From Acidimicrobiales bacterium MED-G01 (GTDB lineage: Bacteria; Actinomycetota; Acidimicrobiia; Acidimicrobiales; Poriferisodalaceae), in the NCBI GenBank assembly GCA_002457435.1, contig NTLA01000004.1, positions 53,838 to 117,837 on the forward strand: a DNA stretch of 64,000 bases, written 5' to 3'. Position numbers and translations under genes: made by a program. Shown one piece after another: positions 8,557 through 18,987 of this stretch (position 1 is its first letter; the number at the start of each line of letters is the position of its first letter). The notes beneath the pieces are model-generated. The model was not told the DNA's origin, ran no database searches, and saw only the letters and a list, made by a program, of their open reading frames with translations.

Positions 8557-9432
8557 TCAACTGAATGAACAAAGACCGTTGTCGATGACAACTCGCTCCT
8601 CTGCACTGTCTTTTTGAGCGACAGTCCGATAAATCGCTTGGCCCTCTTCCACCCACATTTGAACGGTTAAGGAATCCCCTGGAAACACAGGGGAAGAGAA
8701 CCTTGAGTCCATACTCTTAAATCGGCTCGGGTCACCGCCACATAGCTCGTGGAGAAGCGCTCGACCGGTGAATCCATAGGTACACAACCCATGCAGAATT
8801 GGTTTGGGAAAGCCACCGAGCTCAGTGGCAAACCATGGATCACTGTGTAACGGGTTGTAGTCGCCTGACAATCTGTACGTCAGCGCCTGATCAGTCCTTG
8901 TCTGATAGGTCACTTCATGGTCCGGTGCATCTTCGGGGGCATGAACTTGCGGGGCCGTATTTCCTTCTTCGCCCCCAAATCCTCCGGAGCCCCGAACAAC
9001 TATCGAAAATCGTAGATCGAAAAGAGGTGCGTCTGTCTCCTTCAAAGACACCTTCGACTCGGTTTCGATGATTGCGTTTTTCCCTTCGCCTTTATCCCAG
9101 ATACCACTGACACTTTCCTCAATGACAACTGTGCCCTCAACGGGGATCGGCTGATGCAAGGTGACTCCTTGAGATCCGTGAAGGACTCGACCCCAATCGA
9201 TTTCGCCGACCTTTCCCAATGCACCGCCAGAGCCACCAATTACGACCCCTTGGGTCGGGAAGGTTCGTTGTTCAATTCCTTTGGAATTGTTGGTTGTGAA
9301 CTCGAGCTCGGAGCCAACCGGGTCGTCTGCTCCTGCTCCAATGCCGACGGCATAGAGCAAGGAGTCGCGGTACCCCCAAGATCGCTCCACTGGCGCAGCA
9401 GTGGCACCCACTGCATTGGGATCAATAGACAT
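8557..9432 (-). CDS. Double hot-dog MaoC-type (R)-enoyl-CoA hydratase
   Basis: Hydratase-2 motif YRLSGDYNPLHSDP and PILHGLCTYG. Confidence 0.9.
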   Translation of the reverse strand: MSIDPNAVGATAAPVERSWGYRDSLLYAVGIGAGADDPVGSELEFTTNNSKGIEQRTFPTQGVVIGGSGGALGKVGEIDWGRVLHGSQGVTLHQPIPVEGTVVIEESVSGIWDKGEGKNAIIETESKVSLKETDAPLFDLRFSIVVRGSGGFGGEEGNTAPQVHAPEDAPDHEVTYQTRTDQALTYRLSGDYNPLHSDPWFATELGGFPKPILHGLCTYGFTGRALLHELCGGDPSRFKSMDSRFSSPVFPGDSLTVQMWVEEGQAIYRTVAQKDSAEERVVIDNGLCSFS

Positions 9433-9472
9433 GATTTGTCCTTCCTGTAGCGCTCGATACTAGTGAAACGAG

Positions 9473-10390
9473 CTAAGTGATTAACCCTCCGTCAAAGGGT
9501 TGGCCATCCATTCCTGAATTGAGTTGTGCTTCAGATACGAGACGTCTGGCTACATCAGCGATTTCTCTTGGGTCATCTACAGCTTCAGTCATAGGTCCGC
9601 GATGCCAACCGTTAGCTACCGCGAGCATCCGGCCCGAGGCCTCAAAAATTCGACCTGTCACGTCAGCGGATTCAGCGCTTTGGAGCCACGTAACTATTGG
9701 GGCTATGTATCTAGGGTGCATCGCTGCTCTATCTTCCTCGGAAGCTTCGCCCAGCCCTAGATCTTCTGTCATGCGAGTCAGAGCACCAGGAGCTATTGAA
9801 TTGACCCTCACCCCATATCTTTGCAATTCCCGGGCCGCAATAATTGTGAAAGCGGCGATACCCATTTTCGCTGCGCCATAGTTCGTCTGGCCTGGGTTCC
9901 CATAGATCCCTGAAACCGAAGTCGTATTTACTATCGATGCGTTTACTGTCTCGCCAGCTTTAGCCTTGTCACGCCAGTACGCCGCAGCCCAACGAGCAGG
10001 AGCGAACGTACCTTTGAGGTGAACCTGGATAACGGCATCCCACTCTGCCTCAGTCATATTCACCAACATCCGATCTCGTAGGATCCCGGCATTGTTAACA
10101 ATCCCAGTGAGGTCACCGAACGTTTCGATCGCTTGGTTGACCATCCGCTGCGCGCCTTCCCAGTCGGAGACGTCATCACCGTTAGCTACAGCCTCACCAC
10201 CCATGGCTTCGATCTCTGCGACCACTTCGTCTGCCGGCCCTAAGTCCGACCCCGTTCCGTCGCGGGCGCCGCCTAAATCATTGACAACGACCTTCGCCCC
10301 ATGTTCGGCAAGCATCACGCAATGCTCCCTACCTATGCCACGGGCACCGCCTGTAACGATTACAACGCGTCCTTCACACAGCTTGCTCAT
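9473..10390 (-). CDS. Short-chain dehydrogenase (MFE-2-like 3-hydroxyacyl-CoA dehydrogenase type)
   Basis: TGGARGIG, VVVNDLG, NNAGILRD and YGAAK. Confidence 0.9.
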   Translation of the reverse strand: MSKLCEGRVVIVTGGARGIGREHCVMLAEHGAKVVVNDLGGARDGTGSDLGPADEVVAEIEAMGGEAVANGDDVSDWEGAQRMVNQAIETFGDLTGIVNNAGILRDRMLVNMTEAEWDAVIQVHLKGTFAPARWAAAYWRDKAKAGETVNASIVNTTSVSGIYGNPGQTNYGAAKMGIAAFTIIAARELQRYGVRVNSIAPGALTRMTEDLGLGEASEEDRAAMHPRYIAPIVTWLQSAESADVTGRIFEASGRMLAVANGWHRGPMTEAVDDPREIADVARRLVSEAQLNSGMDGQPFDGGLIT

Positions 10391-10544
10391 GTTTAACCCC
10401 TTCACCGACTTCTACAAAAGCCGATCTAAGTTACGAATATGTGGGTGATTCTGGCATTCCCTAAAGCCACTTGCTCAGGCTTCTTGCCTAGCACAACCAG
10501 CGCAAATAATCCGATGAGTTGCCCCGCGCACACTACCTGACCAG

Positions 10545-12335
10545 ATGGCCCTACCATCCAGTTACGTGCGTGAGCTACTTCGTCTCCCACGCTGGGCTCT
10601 TATGCTCGGCCTACCGACGCTCATCGCCGTTCTAGTTTTGAGTGTCTGGGTCGTTGACGCCACCATTCATCGAGATCGAGTTGTGCGGAACGTAAAAATC
10701 GCGGGAGAAACCGTCGGCGGACTCAGCGACATCGCCCTCCGAGCCCGAGTTGACGCGATAGCTGACCGCCTAGCCGACACTCAGATTGTCATCCAAAGCG
10801 AGCTAGGTGACGCTAGTTGGGTAGCGAGCGACCTAGGTGTTTCTTTAGATGCAATCGCCACATTCGAAGCAGTTATGAACACTAGGCGAGAGGGACTACT
10901 CAACCGACCTATTGACTGGCTTTCAGCTCTCACCTCCAGCACCGCTGCAGAAATCGCAATCAATATTGACCTGCCAACACTCGAACGGTCCCTGCACTCG
11001 AATTCACGACTTCGGCGAGCACCAGTTGACCCGTCGATCCGCATCGGAAGCAACCGCCTAGAACTAGTGCCCGGAACGGCTGGCCAGCTACTCGACGTCG
11101 AAGACGCCGCTGCTGCAATCACCACAGTCCTCCAAGAAGGCGCCGCACCTACTGTTCAAGTAGCCACGATAGAAGTCCCTACAGAACTCAACGATCAAAC
11201 GATAAGGGAACTCGTTGCGGAAGCGAACCGGTCGGTACGAACCCCTTTAAAAGTCCGACTCAACGACTACGAAACCTTCATAGCCCCTCGCGTCGTCGCG
11301 AGTTGGTTCGTCTTGGATCTTGAGGGTTCCCAACCATCCCTGAGTCTTGAAACACCGCTCATCCTCGACTCTCTCGAGGAGCTATTAATGCCAGGAAACA
11401 CCGGCGCAGGCCAAGCACAATTCGAGATTCGCGACGGCACCGTCAAGATCATTTCCTCAGACGGCGGCACAGCATGTTGTCAACGCGATGCCGTGGACAT
11501 AGTTAAGACAGCTCTAAAAATGGGCATGGGAGAGCAAGTTCACGTGCTACCGAACAGACCAGCCGCCCCTCGCGAGGCCGTCAACCGGTTAGAGGCGCTC
11601 GGAATAGTAGAGAAAGTTGCGTCCTTCACCACCCAATATTCCTGCTGTGTTGGACGCGTCACCAACATTCAAAAATTCGCTGAGATGGTTAGCGGAACAT
11701 GGGTTAAACCCGATGGTCGATTGTCACTCAACGAAACTGTCGGTCGCCGCACAGAAGAGAAAGGTTTTGTTCCGGGAGGCTTCATTTCAAAGGGTCACCT
11801 TGTCGAAGACATTGGTGGAGGTGTTTCACAATTCGCTACGACCATCTTTAACGCCGCAGTTCGTGCCGGACTCGATTTTGACTATTACCAAGCACACTCC
11901 ATCTATTTCGAGCGCTACCCATACGGTCTTGAAGCAACGATCTCGTACCCTCGGCCGGATTTGGTGATAACCAACCCAACTCCGTACGGCGTCCTGATTT
12001 GGAACAGTTGGACCGATGAATCAGTAACAGTCGACATCTACTCGACTTCGAACGTTGAAGTGACACTTCAAGAACCGACCGAAGAACCATTCGACCTATG
12101 CACTCGAGTTAGAACTGAACGCATCAGAACTTGGCAGGATCGCCCAGCGGAGTCGGATTATTTCTTCGCCACTTACCGTCCAGATGAGGGACTTAACTGC
12201 GATGGAACTCCCTCCGACCCCGACCAAACAACCACCACTATCGCTGAAGAGCCAGAACAACCTGACCAGGGTTCCGACGATAGCCAACAAGAAAATTCGC
12301 CTACCACCACGACTTCAATAGCGAATCAAAACTGA
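10545..12335 (+). CDS. VanW-family membrane-anchored protein with putative peptidoglycan-binding region
   Basis: N-terminal TM helix; SLNETVG, GGGVSQFATTIFNA and HSIYFERYPYGLEATI; Thr/acidic tail. Confidence 0.85.
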   Translation: MALPSSYVRELLRLPRWALMLGLPTLIAVLVLSVWVVDATIHRDRVVRNVKIAGETVGGLSDIALRARVDAIADRLADTQIVIQSELGDASWVASDLGVSLDAIATFEAVMNTRREGLLNRPIDWLSALTSSTAAEIAINIDLPTLERSLHSNSRLRRAPVDPSIRIGSNRLELVPGTAGQLLDVEDAAAAITTVLQEGAAPTVQVATIEVPTELNDQTIRELVAEANRSVRTPLKVRLNDYETFIAPRVVASWFVLDLEGSQPSLSLETPLILDSLEELLMPGNTGAGQAQFEIRDGTVKIISSDGGTACCQRDAVDIVKTALKMGMGEQVHVLPNRPAAPREAVNRLEALGIVEKVASFTTQYSCCVGRVTNIQKFAEMVSGTWVKPDGRLSLNETVGRRTEEKGFVPGGFISKGHLVEDIGGGVSQFATTIFNAAVRAGLDFDYYQAHSIYFERYPYGLEATISYPRPDLVITNPTPYGVLIWNSWTDESVTVDIYSTSNVEVTLQEPTEEPFDLCTRVRTERIRTWQDRPAESDYFFATYRPDEGLNCDGTPSDPDQTTTTIAEEPEQPDQGSDDSQQENSPTTTTSIANQN

Positions 12336-12371
12336 ACCCTCTGTGGGCCACTACTAGATAGCCTGTGACAA

Positions 12372-13574
12372 GTGTTTCAGTGTGACGTCCTAATCGTAGG
12401 AGCCGGACCGGCGGGATGTGCTGCCGCGATCACAGCTCAAAGGCTTGGCCTAAAAGTCGTTGTAATAGACAAAGCAGTCTTTCCACGAGATAAGTGCTGT
12501 GGCGATGGCCTGACGACTCTGGCGCTACGCGAACTTGAACATCTTGGACTTCGTCCAGCCACTAACAGTTGGACGACAGTTCAAGACGTGTTCCTTCGTT
12601 CTCCATCAGGTAGAGAAGTTCATTTGAAACTCCCGGACCATCAAGGCCAGTACGCAGCTGTGGTCAAACGAATCGAGCTAGACGCGGAGCTAGTTCGATT
12701 AGCTCTTAACACTGGGGTCGAGATTCATCAGGGCCTCGCTTTCAGTCAGATCGAGGTCACATCACGGGGCGCCCAAATCTCTCTCCAAGACGGGAAGACC
12801 ATCACCACTAAACATGTAGTAGCTGCCGACGGTATGTGGTCGCCAGTGAGGAAGGCTTTGGGTTGCACTCCCATTGGTTACCGAGGCGATTGGCACGCAT
12901 TTAGGCAATACATGAAGGCAGATGGCGCCAAAAGTAGAGATTTGTGGGTCTGGTTTGAGAAAGATTTGCTTCCAGGGTACGTGTGGTCTTTTCCGTTAGC
13001 CGAGGGTCGAGTGAATCTGGGCTTTGGACTGCCACGAAAGGACGGCATGAATGGCAAGCAGCTGGCTACGATTTGGCACGGGCTCTTGGAGCGACCTTCT
13101 ATACGACAAGTGCTAGGAAAAGTGGAACCCGAGGATTCCCACAGCGCTTGGCCTATTCCAGCTCGACTTCCTGAGGCACAACTAGCGCAAGGACCCGTGT
13201 TGTTCGTCGGAGACGCAGCGACCGCTACTGACCCGTTGACCGGAGAAGGCATCGGACAGGCTTTAGAAAGCGGACGCTTAGCTGCAGAGGCAATCGCTAC
13301 TGAAAGTCCGTCTGAGCCGGCAGCCATAACTTACGAGAAAACTGCCAGAGCAGCCTTCGAACTCGACCATCGCCTTTCGAAGTCCCTCAGTAACGTCCTA
13401 GCGAAGCCAGCCTTAGCGGAACTTGCGCTCAAAGCTGTTGATTCCAGCGCTTGGAGCCGCCGAAATTTCGTTCGCTGGATGTTTGAGGACTACCCGCGAG
13501 CCTCGCTCATTAACCCCAAACGTTGGCGAAAAGGTCTTTTCGACACGTCTGGTGCTTGGTCAATTCAAAACTAA
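12372..13574 (+). CDS. Geranylgeranyl reductase family FAD oxidoreductase (MenJ-like)
   Basis: VGAGPAG, FPRDKCCGDG, AADG, GYVWSFP and GDAA..DPLTGEGIGQA. Confidence 0.87.
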   Translation: MFQCDVLIVGAGPAGCAAAITAQRLGLKVVVIDKAVFPRDKCCGDGLTTLALRELEHLGLRPATNSWTTVQDVFLRSPSGREVHLKLPDHQGQYAAVVKRIELDAELVRLALNTGVEIHQGLAFSQIEVTSRGAQISLQDGKTITTKHVVAADGMWSPVRKALGCTPIGYRGDWHAFRQYMKADGAKSRDLWVWFEKDLLPGYVWSFPLAEGRVNLGFGLPRKDGMNGKQLATIWHGLLERPSIRQVLGKVEPEDSHSAWPIPARLPEAQLAQGPVLFVGDAATATDPLTGEGIGQALESGRLAAEAIATESPSEPAAITYEKTARAAFELDHRLSKSLSNVLAKPALAELALKAVDSSAWSRRNFVRWMFEDYPRASLINPKRWRKGLFDTSGAWSIQN

Positions 13575-13586
13575 ACGCAGTTCTAG

Positions 13587-14555
13587 TTGCACAACAGCGA
13601 TGCGACAGGACAATCTTTGGGGGTGTCAGAATGGAACCCATCCAGCGAGCATCTCAACTTCAGCCGCTCGGAATGGGCGGCTCTTCGAGATGCGACCCCA
13701 CTAACGGTTGGTGAAGACGAGCTATCCGAGCTAGCCGGACGTGTCGAACCCATCACACTGGCAGGGGTTCGAGACATTTACCTACCTTTATCTCGACTGC
13801 TCAACCTTCGAGTAGAAGCTCAGTCCAAACTTCAAACCACGACATCTGACTTTTTCAGCAGAGACAATGCGGCAAGACCTTTCTTGATCGGAGTAGCTGG
13901 CAGTGTCTCGGCAGGAAAGAGCACCACCGCACGAATCCTTCAAGCGATGCTTGCCGCCTGGCCTCAACATCCAAGAGTCGACCTCATAACCACAGATGGT
14001 TTTCTTCAACCAAACTCCGAATTAGAAGAAAAGGGCTTGTTGGGCAGAAAAGGGTTCCCCGAGTCCTACCGTCAAGGAGCACTTTTAGATTTTCTCCGGC
14101 AGATAGCCGACGGAGCCCCCCAAGTCTCGGCGCCTATCTATTCTCACGTCACCTATGACATAACCGATGAAGTTCAGATAGTTGAGCAGCCCGATATTTT
14201 GATTGTCGAAGGCTTGAACGTTCTCCAAACGGGCGCTCCATCAAACACGCCGTTTGTCTCTGACTATTTCGATTTCACAATCTACGTAGATGCAAACACA
14301 GAAGATCTCGAGTCTTGGTACGTAGAGCGTTTTCAACAGCTTCGGTCGACAGCGTTCCGTGAACAAAGCGCATACTTCAGTCAGTTTGCCCACTTGCCAA
14401 TCGACGCAGCGGAGGCTGTGGCACGCACAATTTGGCGTTCCATCAACCTGGTCAACCTTAAAGAAAACATCTTGCCGACACGAGCTCGCGCTGACCTAGT
14501 CCTGAAAAAGGACGCCAATCACGAAATCGAATCAGTACAACTTCGGCGCATTTGA
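13587..14555 (+). CDS. coaA: Type I pantothenate kinase
   Basis: YLPLSRLL, GVAGSVSAGKST, TTDGFL, KGFPESY, PIYSHVTYD and EGLNVLQ; exact start uncertain. Confidence 0.95.
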   Translation: MHNSDATGQSLGVSEWNPSSEHLNFSRSEWAALRDATPLTVGEDELSELAGRVEPITLAGVRDIYLPLSRLLNLRVEAQSKLQTTTSDFFSRDNAARPFLIGVAGSVSAGKSTTARILQAMLAAWPQHPRVDLITTDGFLQPNSELEEKGLLGRKGFPESYRQGALLDFLRQIADGAPQVSAPIYSHVTYDITDEVQIVEQPDILIVEGLNVLQTGAPSNTPFVSDYFDFTIYVDANTEDLESWYVERFQQLRSTAFREQSAYFSQFAHLPIDAAEAVARTIWRSINLVNLKENILPTRARADLVLKKDANHEIESVQLRRI

Positions 14556-14614
14556 TTTGAGTTAGCCGCCTAAAGTGCGACGTCAAGTTCCTGGCTCCAC
14601 TACTCTCGCCGGTC

Positions 14615-15040
14615 GTGCACTGCCTGTTCTGCTCAATAGTCGACGGTAGCTCCTCTTCGAACATCGTCTATGACGATGCTCATTGCTTGGCCTTCATGGA
14701 TATTCTCCCAATGACACCGGGACACTGCTTGGTAATCCCTAAACGTCACGTTCGAGACATTTTCGAATTAGATGACGATGATGCCGCTCACGTCATGCAG
14801 GCGTGCCGATCCGTGGCAAATATCGTCCGCGATCGACTAGAACCGTTGGGAATCAATCTTGTCAACAACAACGGCGCTGCTGCTGACCAATCACAATTTC
14901 ATTTCCACATACACCTGATCCCCCGATACGGACGCGACCGGCTCCTCCATCCTTGGGAGAGGTCTTACGGAAACCCGGATCAGATTCGTTCGATCGCCGA
15001 GATTTTGCGCGGTGAGAGGGAAATCCCACGGTCTGAATAG
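14615..15040 (+). CDS. HIT family hydrolase
   Basis: CLFC, GHCLVIPKRH and the HFHIH triad. Confidence 0.92.
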   Translation: MHCLFCSIVDGSSSSNIVYDDAHCLAFMDILPMTPGHCLVIPKRHVRDIFELDDDDAAHVMQACRSVANIVRDRLEPLGINLVNNNGAAADQSQFHFHIHLIPRYGRDRLLHPWERSYGNPDQIRSIAEILRGEREIPRSE

Positions 15041-15075
15041 GAAATAGCCAACCCGTTGGGGCTAGTTTCAGAGTC

Positions 15076-15873
15076 ATGACGCAAAGATATGCAGACTTTT
15101 CAGCCTTAACTATCTCCGGTCCCGACGAGGACGGCATCCTAGATATCTGCATTGACACACCCGGAAAGCTGAACGCTGTTGATGAGGCCAAACATCTCGC
15201 GCTCGCAGATGTCTGGAAGGCCGTGGACAGGGACCCTGACACACGGGTCGTTGTCATTCATGGAGCAAATGGAACCTTCTCGGCGGGTGGCGATATGGGG
15301 ATGATCGAAAAGATCATGGATGATTTTGACTACCGCTCAAATTCTCTTCGCGAAGCTCGAGACATCGTCTACAACATGATCAATTGTTCGAAGGTCATCA
15401 TTTCAGCAATTGAGGGCGTCGCGGTAGGTGCAGGTCTTGCGGCAGCGTTTATGGCCGACATCTCTATCGTCGGCAAAAATGCTCGAATTCTTGATGGCCA
15501 CACAAAGCTTGGGGTTGCCGCCGGTGATCACGCCGCCATCATCTGGCCGCTCCTTTGCGGAATGGCAAAGGCCAAATACTACTTGTTGACCTGTGACTCG
15601 ATGACAGGGGAAGAGGCTGAAGCTATGGGTCTAGCCAGCATTTGTGTCGACGACGAACAAGTGATCGAAGAGGCCTACACCGTCGCCCGAAAACTAGCTA
15701 CTGGAAGCCAATCAGCTATTCGATGGACTAAATACAGCTTGAATAACTGGCTTCGATCAGCGGGCCCGGCTTTTGATACGTCTGTTGCCTTGGAGATGTT
15801 GGGTTTCACAGGTCCCGATGTTCGAGAAGGTCACGCCGCGATAATGGAAAAAAGGAAACCAAATTTCAGCTAG
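15076..15873 (+). CDS. Enoyl-CoA hydratase/isomerase family protein
   Basis: [15 protein letters not shown] and [13 protein letters not shown]. Confidence 0.9.
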   Translation: MTQRYADFSALTISGPDEDGILDICIDTPGKLNAVDEAKHLALADVWKAVDRDPDTRVVVIHGANGTFSAGGDMGMIEKIMDDFDYRSNSLREARDIVYNMINCSKVIISAIEGVAVGAGLAAAFMADISIVGKNARILDGHTKLGVAAGDHAAIIWPLLCGMAKAKYYLLTCDSMTGEEAEAMGLASICVDDEQVIEEAYTVARKLATGSQSAIRWTKYSLNNWLRSAGPAFDTSVALEMLGFTGPDVREGHAAIMEKRKPNFS

Positions 15874-15885
15874 GCGGATAATCAA

Positions 15886-16626
15886 TTATGCCTTGCCAAG
15901 GATCTGTTCAATCTTCGTCCAGGCTGCCACCGGCTCCGTGACTTTAATTACTTGTATACCGCGGGTTCGAGCTGCTTCTACGTTGAGCCGATTATCGTCA
16001 AGGAACAGCACGCTTTCTGGCTCCATCTCCAGCTCTTCGAGCAGGTGTGTGTAAATCCGCTCTTCAGGCTTGCGCATTCCCACAAAGGCCGAGTTAATAA
16101 CTACGTCGAAAAGTTTTTCCACGTCCAACCCGTCAGTCACGACCGGCCACGCCTCAGCGATGTTGTTGGTCAGAAGTCCAGTGACGAGACCTCGCTGTCG
16201 TAGCTGCAAGATTCGATTTACAACTTCGGGTACGACTTTCAGGTGGGAGAAAAGGAAATGCGGACTCGAGGGATCCCATATAGTTTCCGCTCCCGGCAAA
16301 TCACTCTGGGACCATGTGAGGTATGCATCGAGACTCAACTCCCCTCTTTCAAGCTGGGCAAATTGTGAATTCGGGTCATCATCTCGGTACTCAGCTTGTC
16401 TCGTCCGTAACTTTTTTTGGTCGATGTCAACCTCTTTGTAAAGCTTCTCTATGACCGGCCCTGGAGGGATGGTGATAACCCCGCCCCAGTCAAAAACCAC
16501 TGCTTCAACCTTGGGCCCATCTGATCTGCTGTTCACCTCCGCACGCACCTCCGACTCCTTCAAAACTTGCACAATAGGGGCTTCGTTAATTAGGGGGATG
16601 CAAAGTGACCCTATTTCGCAGCCCAA
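15886..16626 (-). CDS. HAD-family phosphatase (epoxide-hydrolase/ACAD10 N-terminal type)
   Basis: VVFDWGGV, LTNN, GMRKPEERIY and FLDD; true start probably downstream (16572 or 16536). Confidence 0.85.
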   Translation of the reverse strand: MGCEIGSLCIPLINEAPIVQVLKESEVRAEVNSRSDGPKVEAVVFDWGGVITIPPGPVIEKLYKEVDIDQKKLRTRQAEYRDDDPNSQFAQLERGELSLDAYLTWSQSDLPGAETIWDPSSPHFLFSHLKVVPEVVNRILQLRQRGLVTGLLTNNIAEAWPVVTDGLDVEKLFDVVINSAFVGMRKPEERIYTHLLEELEMEPESVLFLDDNRLNVEAARTRGIQVIKVTEPVAAWTKIEQILGKA

Positions 16627-17813
16627 TCTCTATTTCGGCTGGCGGGTTCTCTAACGACTATCCGCTCCAACCAGTCGGGAGTACTGGGTGGGTCTTCGCC
16701 GACCAAGACTGCGACAGTTCGCGTTCTGCTCGGCGGTGACTCGGGCCAATGGGTCCCTCCGTCAGTCACCACTAGGAGTAGATCCGGACTTGGGCGCGTC
16801 TGTACTGCGGCCAGAATGCCTTGGCTGAGATCCGTTCCACCGCCACCTATCAGTTGTATGTCTGAAGCTTTGCGGACTTTCTGAGGGGATCCCGCCTCGG
16901 AGTCACATGTGAAGACCCGGACCGATTCGAACCGGATTCCTCCTGTTGAGAGTAAGCCATCAATCTCGCTGAGAGCATCGGCTAACAGTTCCTCGTTCAT
17001 CGAAGCACTCGTATCCAAGACGACCGATACTTCTGGCGCAGGGGCCCTCAAATTGGGAAGGATTACTTTCGATGCAAACGATTGTCTCCGGTTTGGCCTC
17101 CGGTAGCTGTAATCCACCGCTCCTGTTATTTCAGCAATGCCCCGCCGGAGCTTGGCTCCCAGTTCTGTGCGCCAGTCAACTTGAGGTGTGAGTAGTGAGT
17201 TAGCCCATCTCAACATCCCCGCTGGAGTAGAGCCATGGTTTCGATGGTGGGCCAGCGCATCTGAAGCGACACGCTGTCTAATAAGTTCTTTTTCTTCCGC
17301 TGATACTCCATCTTTCCCTTGTTTCGGTGGAGGCTCATCCCAAGGTCGCGGGTTTCCATGCGCTGAACTTCCGCAATCACGCTGCGTTTCGCTCCGAATT
17401 GTCCCCATAAAGAAATACTCTTCGCCCAATAACGATTCAGGAAGTCCTAGCTCATGGGGTAATGCGGATCCTTTTGGCAGGGGATGACCTTCCAAGAGGT
17501 CATCGTTGAGTTCAGCGTCCATCGCGTCGACCCAACGAAAAAGATCTGATTCCCGAAGCTCTATCTCTCTGGCTCTCGGAGCATGTCCTCGCAGTAAATG
17601 GCCTACTTGGTGAATCATTTCCACCCCAAGCGCGTCAACAGGCCAGTCATGCGTGGAGTCATGATTCATGTAGACGCGGAAATATTCATCGCCAGCTATC
17701 TGATTGACTTTGTTGTCTGGAATGACACGTAAGGCGAACAAAGCAGACGCCAAGTAGGGGTAGCTATAAGCCGCCCAGAGTCGCGCCGCTGAAATTTGGT
17801 CCTCGGGGCTCAT
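16611..17813 (-). CDS. DUF2201-type metallopeptidase-like plus vWA domain protein
   Basis: HQVGHLLRGH (HExxH-like), DAELND, DCGS, VDWR, YSYRRPNRR; MIDAS DTSAS, GGGGTD and TDG. Confidence 0.85.
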   Translation of the reverse strand: MSPEDQISAARLWAAYSYPYLASALFALRVIPDNKVNQIAGDEYFRVYMNHDSTHDWPVDALGVEMIHQVGHLLRGHAPRAREIELRESDLFRWVDAMDAELNDDLLEGHPLPKGSALPHELGLPESLLGEEYFFMGTIRSETQRDCGSSAHGNPRPWDEPPPKQGKDGVSAEEKELIRQRVASDALAHHRNHGSTPAGMLRWANSLLTPQVDWRTELGAKLRRGIAEITGAVDYSYRRPNRRQSFASKVILPNLRAPAPEVSVVLDTSASMNEELLADALSEIDGLLSTGGIRFESVRVFTCDSEAGSPQKVRKASDIQLIGGGGTDLSQGILAAVQTRPSPDLLLVVTDGGTHWPESPPSRTRTVAVLVGEDPPSTPDWLERIVVREPASRNRDWAAK

Positions 17814-18904
17814 TCGAGAAGTCCGGCTGCCTCAAGAACGGGGAGAAATACCGCTGCTTCAGGCGGTGCGCTTACTCCGTCAGGCCGAACCTGTGCCAGC
17901 ACCCTCGCTGCAATAGCGCCTATGTCCGGTGATTGACCGGCTGCTCTCTCCAACACTCGCCATCCCGCCAACCAACGGTCCGGTGTTGGGTCTGCTGCAA
18001 CCGCACTAGCTACCGCCGAAACTGCGGCATAAAGACGATCACCGCGGTCTGGAAACACTACGTTTTCTGGATCCATCAGAGCTGCTTCCGGGTCTGGGAG
18101 GTCAAGCTCTTGGAGCCAGGTGAGAAATTCAAGGCCAACACCGTCCCCAACACATCCAATCACCAAATTTCTTCTGGTTTCTGAAGATGCATTGACCGCC
18201 GCCGCCGCCGCAAGGAGTCGCGAGAGCATCTCCCAAGTTCTCGGACTTGGCCATGCTCGTCCGGCAAGAGCCCGTTCAGCTGGCGGTTGGATCACCAATG
18301 ACCGCCGCACGGAGAGGAAGCCCCCAACTTGTCCAGCTGCGATGGGGATTTGGTTCTGCCAGTCACTAGGAAGCAGCGGGATATAAGGGGTGGGGAAACC
18401 TGCGACTAAGCCTGTTGCGACAGTCGTTGGATCTACACGCCAATCAAGATGACAAAATCGGTTTGCAAGCGGTGCCGATAAGTCCCAGCCATCAGCAGCT
18501 TGGTCGGGCGGGTTAGCGGCGGCGATTATGGCTAGGTCATCTGGCAAAGTTAGGTCACCCACTACTCGCTCGAGCACCACACGCAACAATGCTGCCTGAA
18601 CGGCAGGTGGCGCTGTTGAGATTTCGTCGAGAAAGAGCACGCCAGTGCCGGCATCTGACAGCCGTTTCGCCCACCGAGGTGGAGCGAACTCAACTCCGTT
18701 CTCAGTTACTACTGGAAGCCCACTGAAATCACTCGGCTCTCGGATACTCGCGATAACCACCTCATATGTAGCGTCAATCGATTGACACATACTTTCAACA
18801 GCTGAGCTCTTGCCAGCTCCCGGCGGCCCCCATAACAAGACGGGGATTCGAGCGGCGACGGCCAGAGACAAAGCTTCAAGAACCGCATCATTCTGATTGG
18901 TCAT
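17810..18904 (-). CDS. MoxR-like AAA+ ATPase (partner of the vWA protein)
   Basis: Walker A GPPGAGKS, Walker B LFLDE, AAANP, LANRF and SPRTW; ATGA overlap with the vWA gene. Confidence 0.9.
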   Translation of the reverse strand: MTNQNDAVLEALSLAVAARIPVLLWGPPGAGKSSAVESMCQSIDATYEVVIASIREPSDFSGLPVVTENGVEFAPPRWAKRLSDAGTGVLFLDEISTAPPAVQAALLRVVLERVVGDLTLPDDLAIIAAANPPDQAADGWDLSAPLANRFCHLDWRVDPTTVATGLVAGFPTPYIPLLPSDWQNQIPIAAGQVGGFLSVRRSLVIQPPAERALAGRAWPSPRTWEMLSRLLAAAAAVNASSETRRNLVIGCVGDGVGLEFLTWLQELDLPDPEAALMDPENVVFPDRGDRLYAAVSAVASAVAADPTPDRWLAGWRVLERAAGQSPDIGAIAARVLAQVRPDGVSAPPEAAVFLPVLEAAGLLE

Positions 18905-18987
18905 GAAAGCAGTCTCCTTTAATTCCCACTAGCTGTCTCGCACCTAGATGACACGAACCTTCTGTCCTACAGATAATGTGCGCCTTA

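Noticed and set aside
10545-12335. Vancomycin-resistance locus (VanW here, VanY-like M15 at 55520)
   Set aside because: No vanHAX/vanRS genes; the two genes are more than 40 kb apart in housekeeping context
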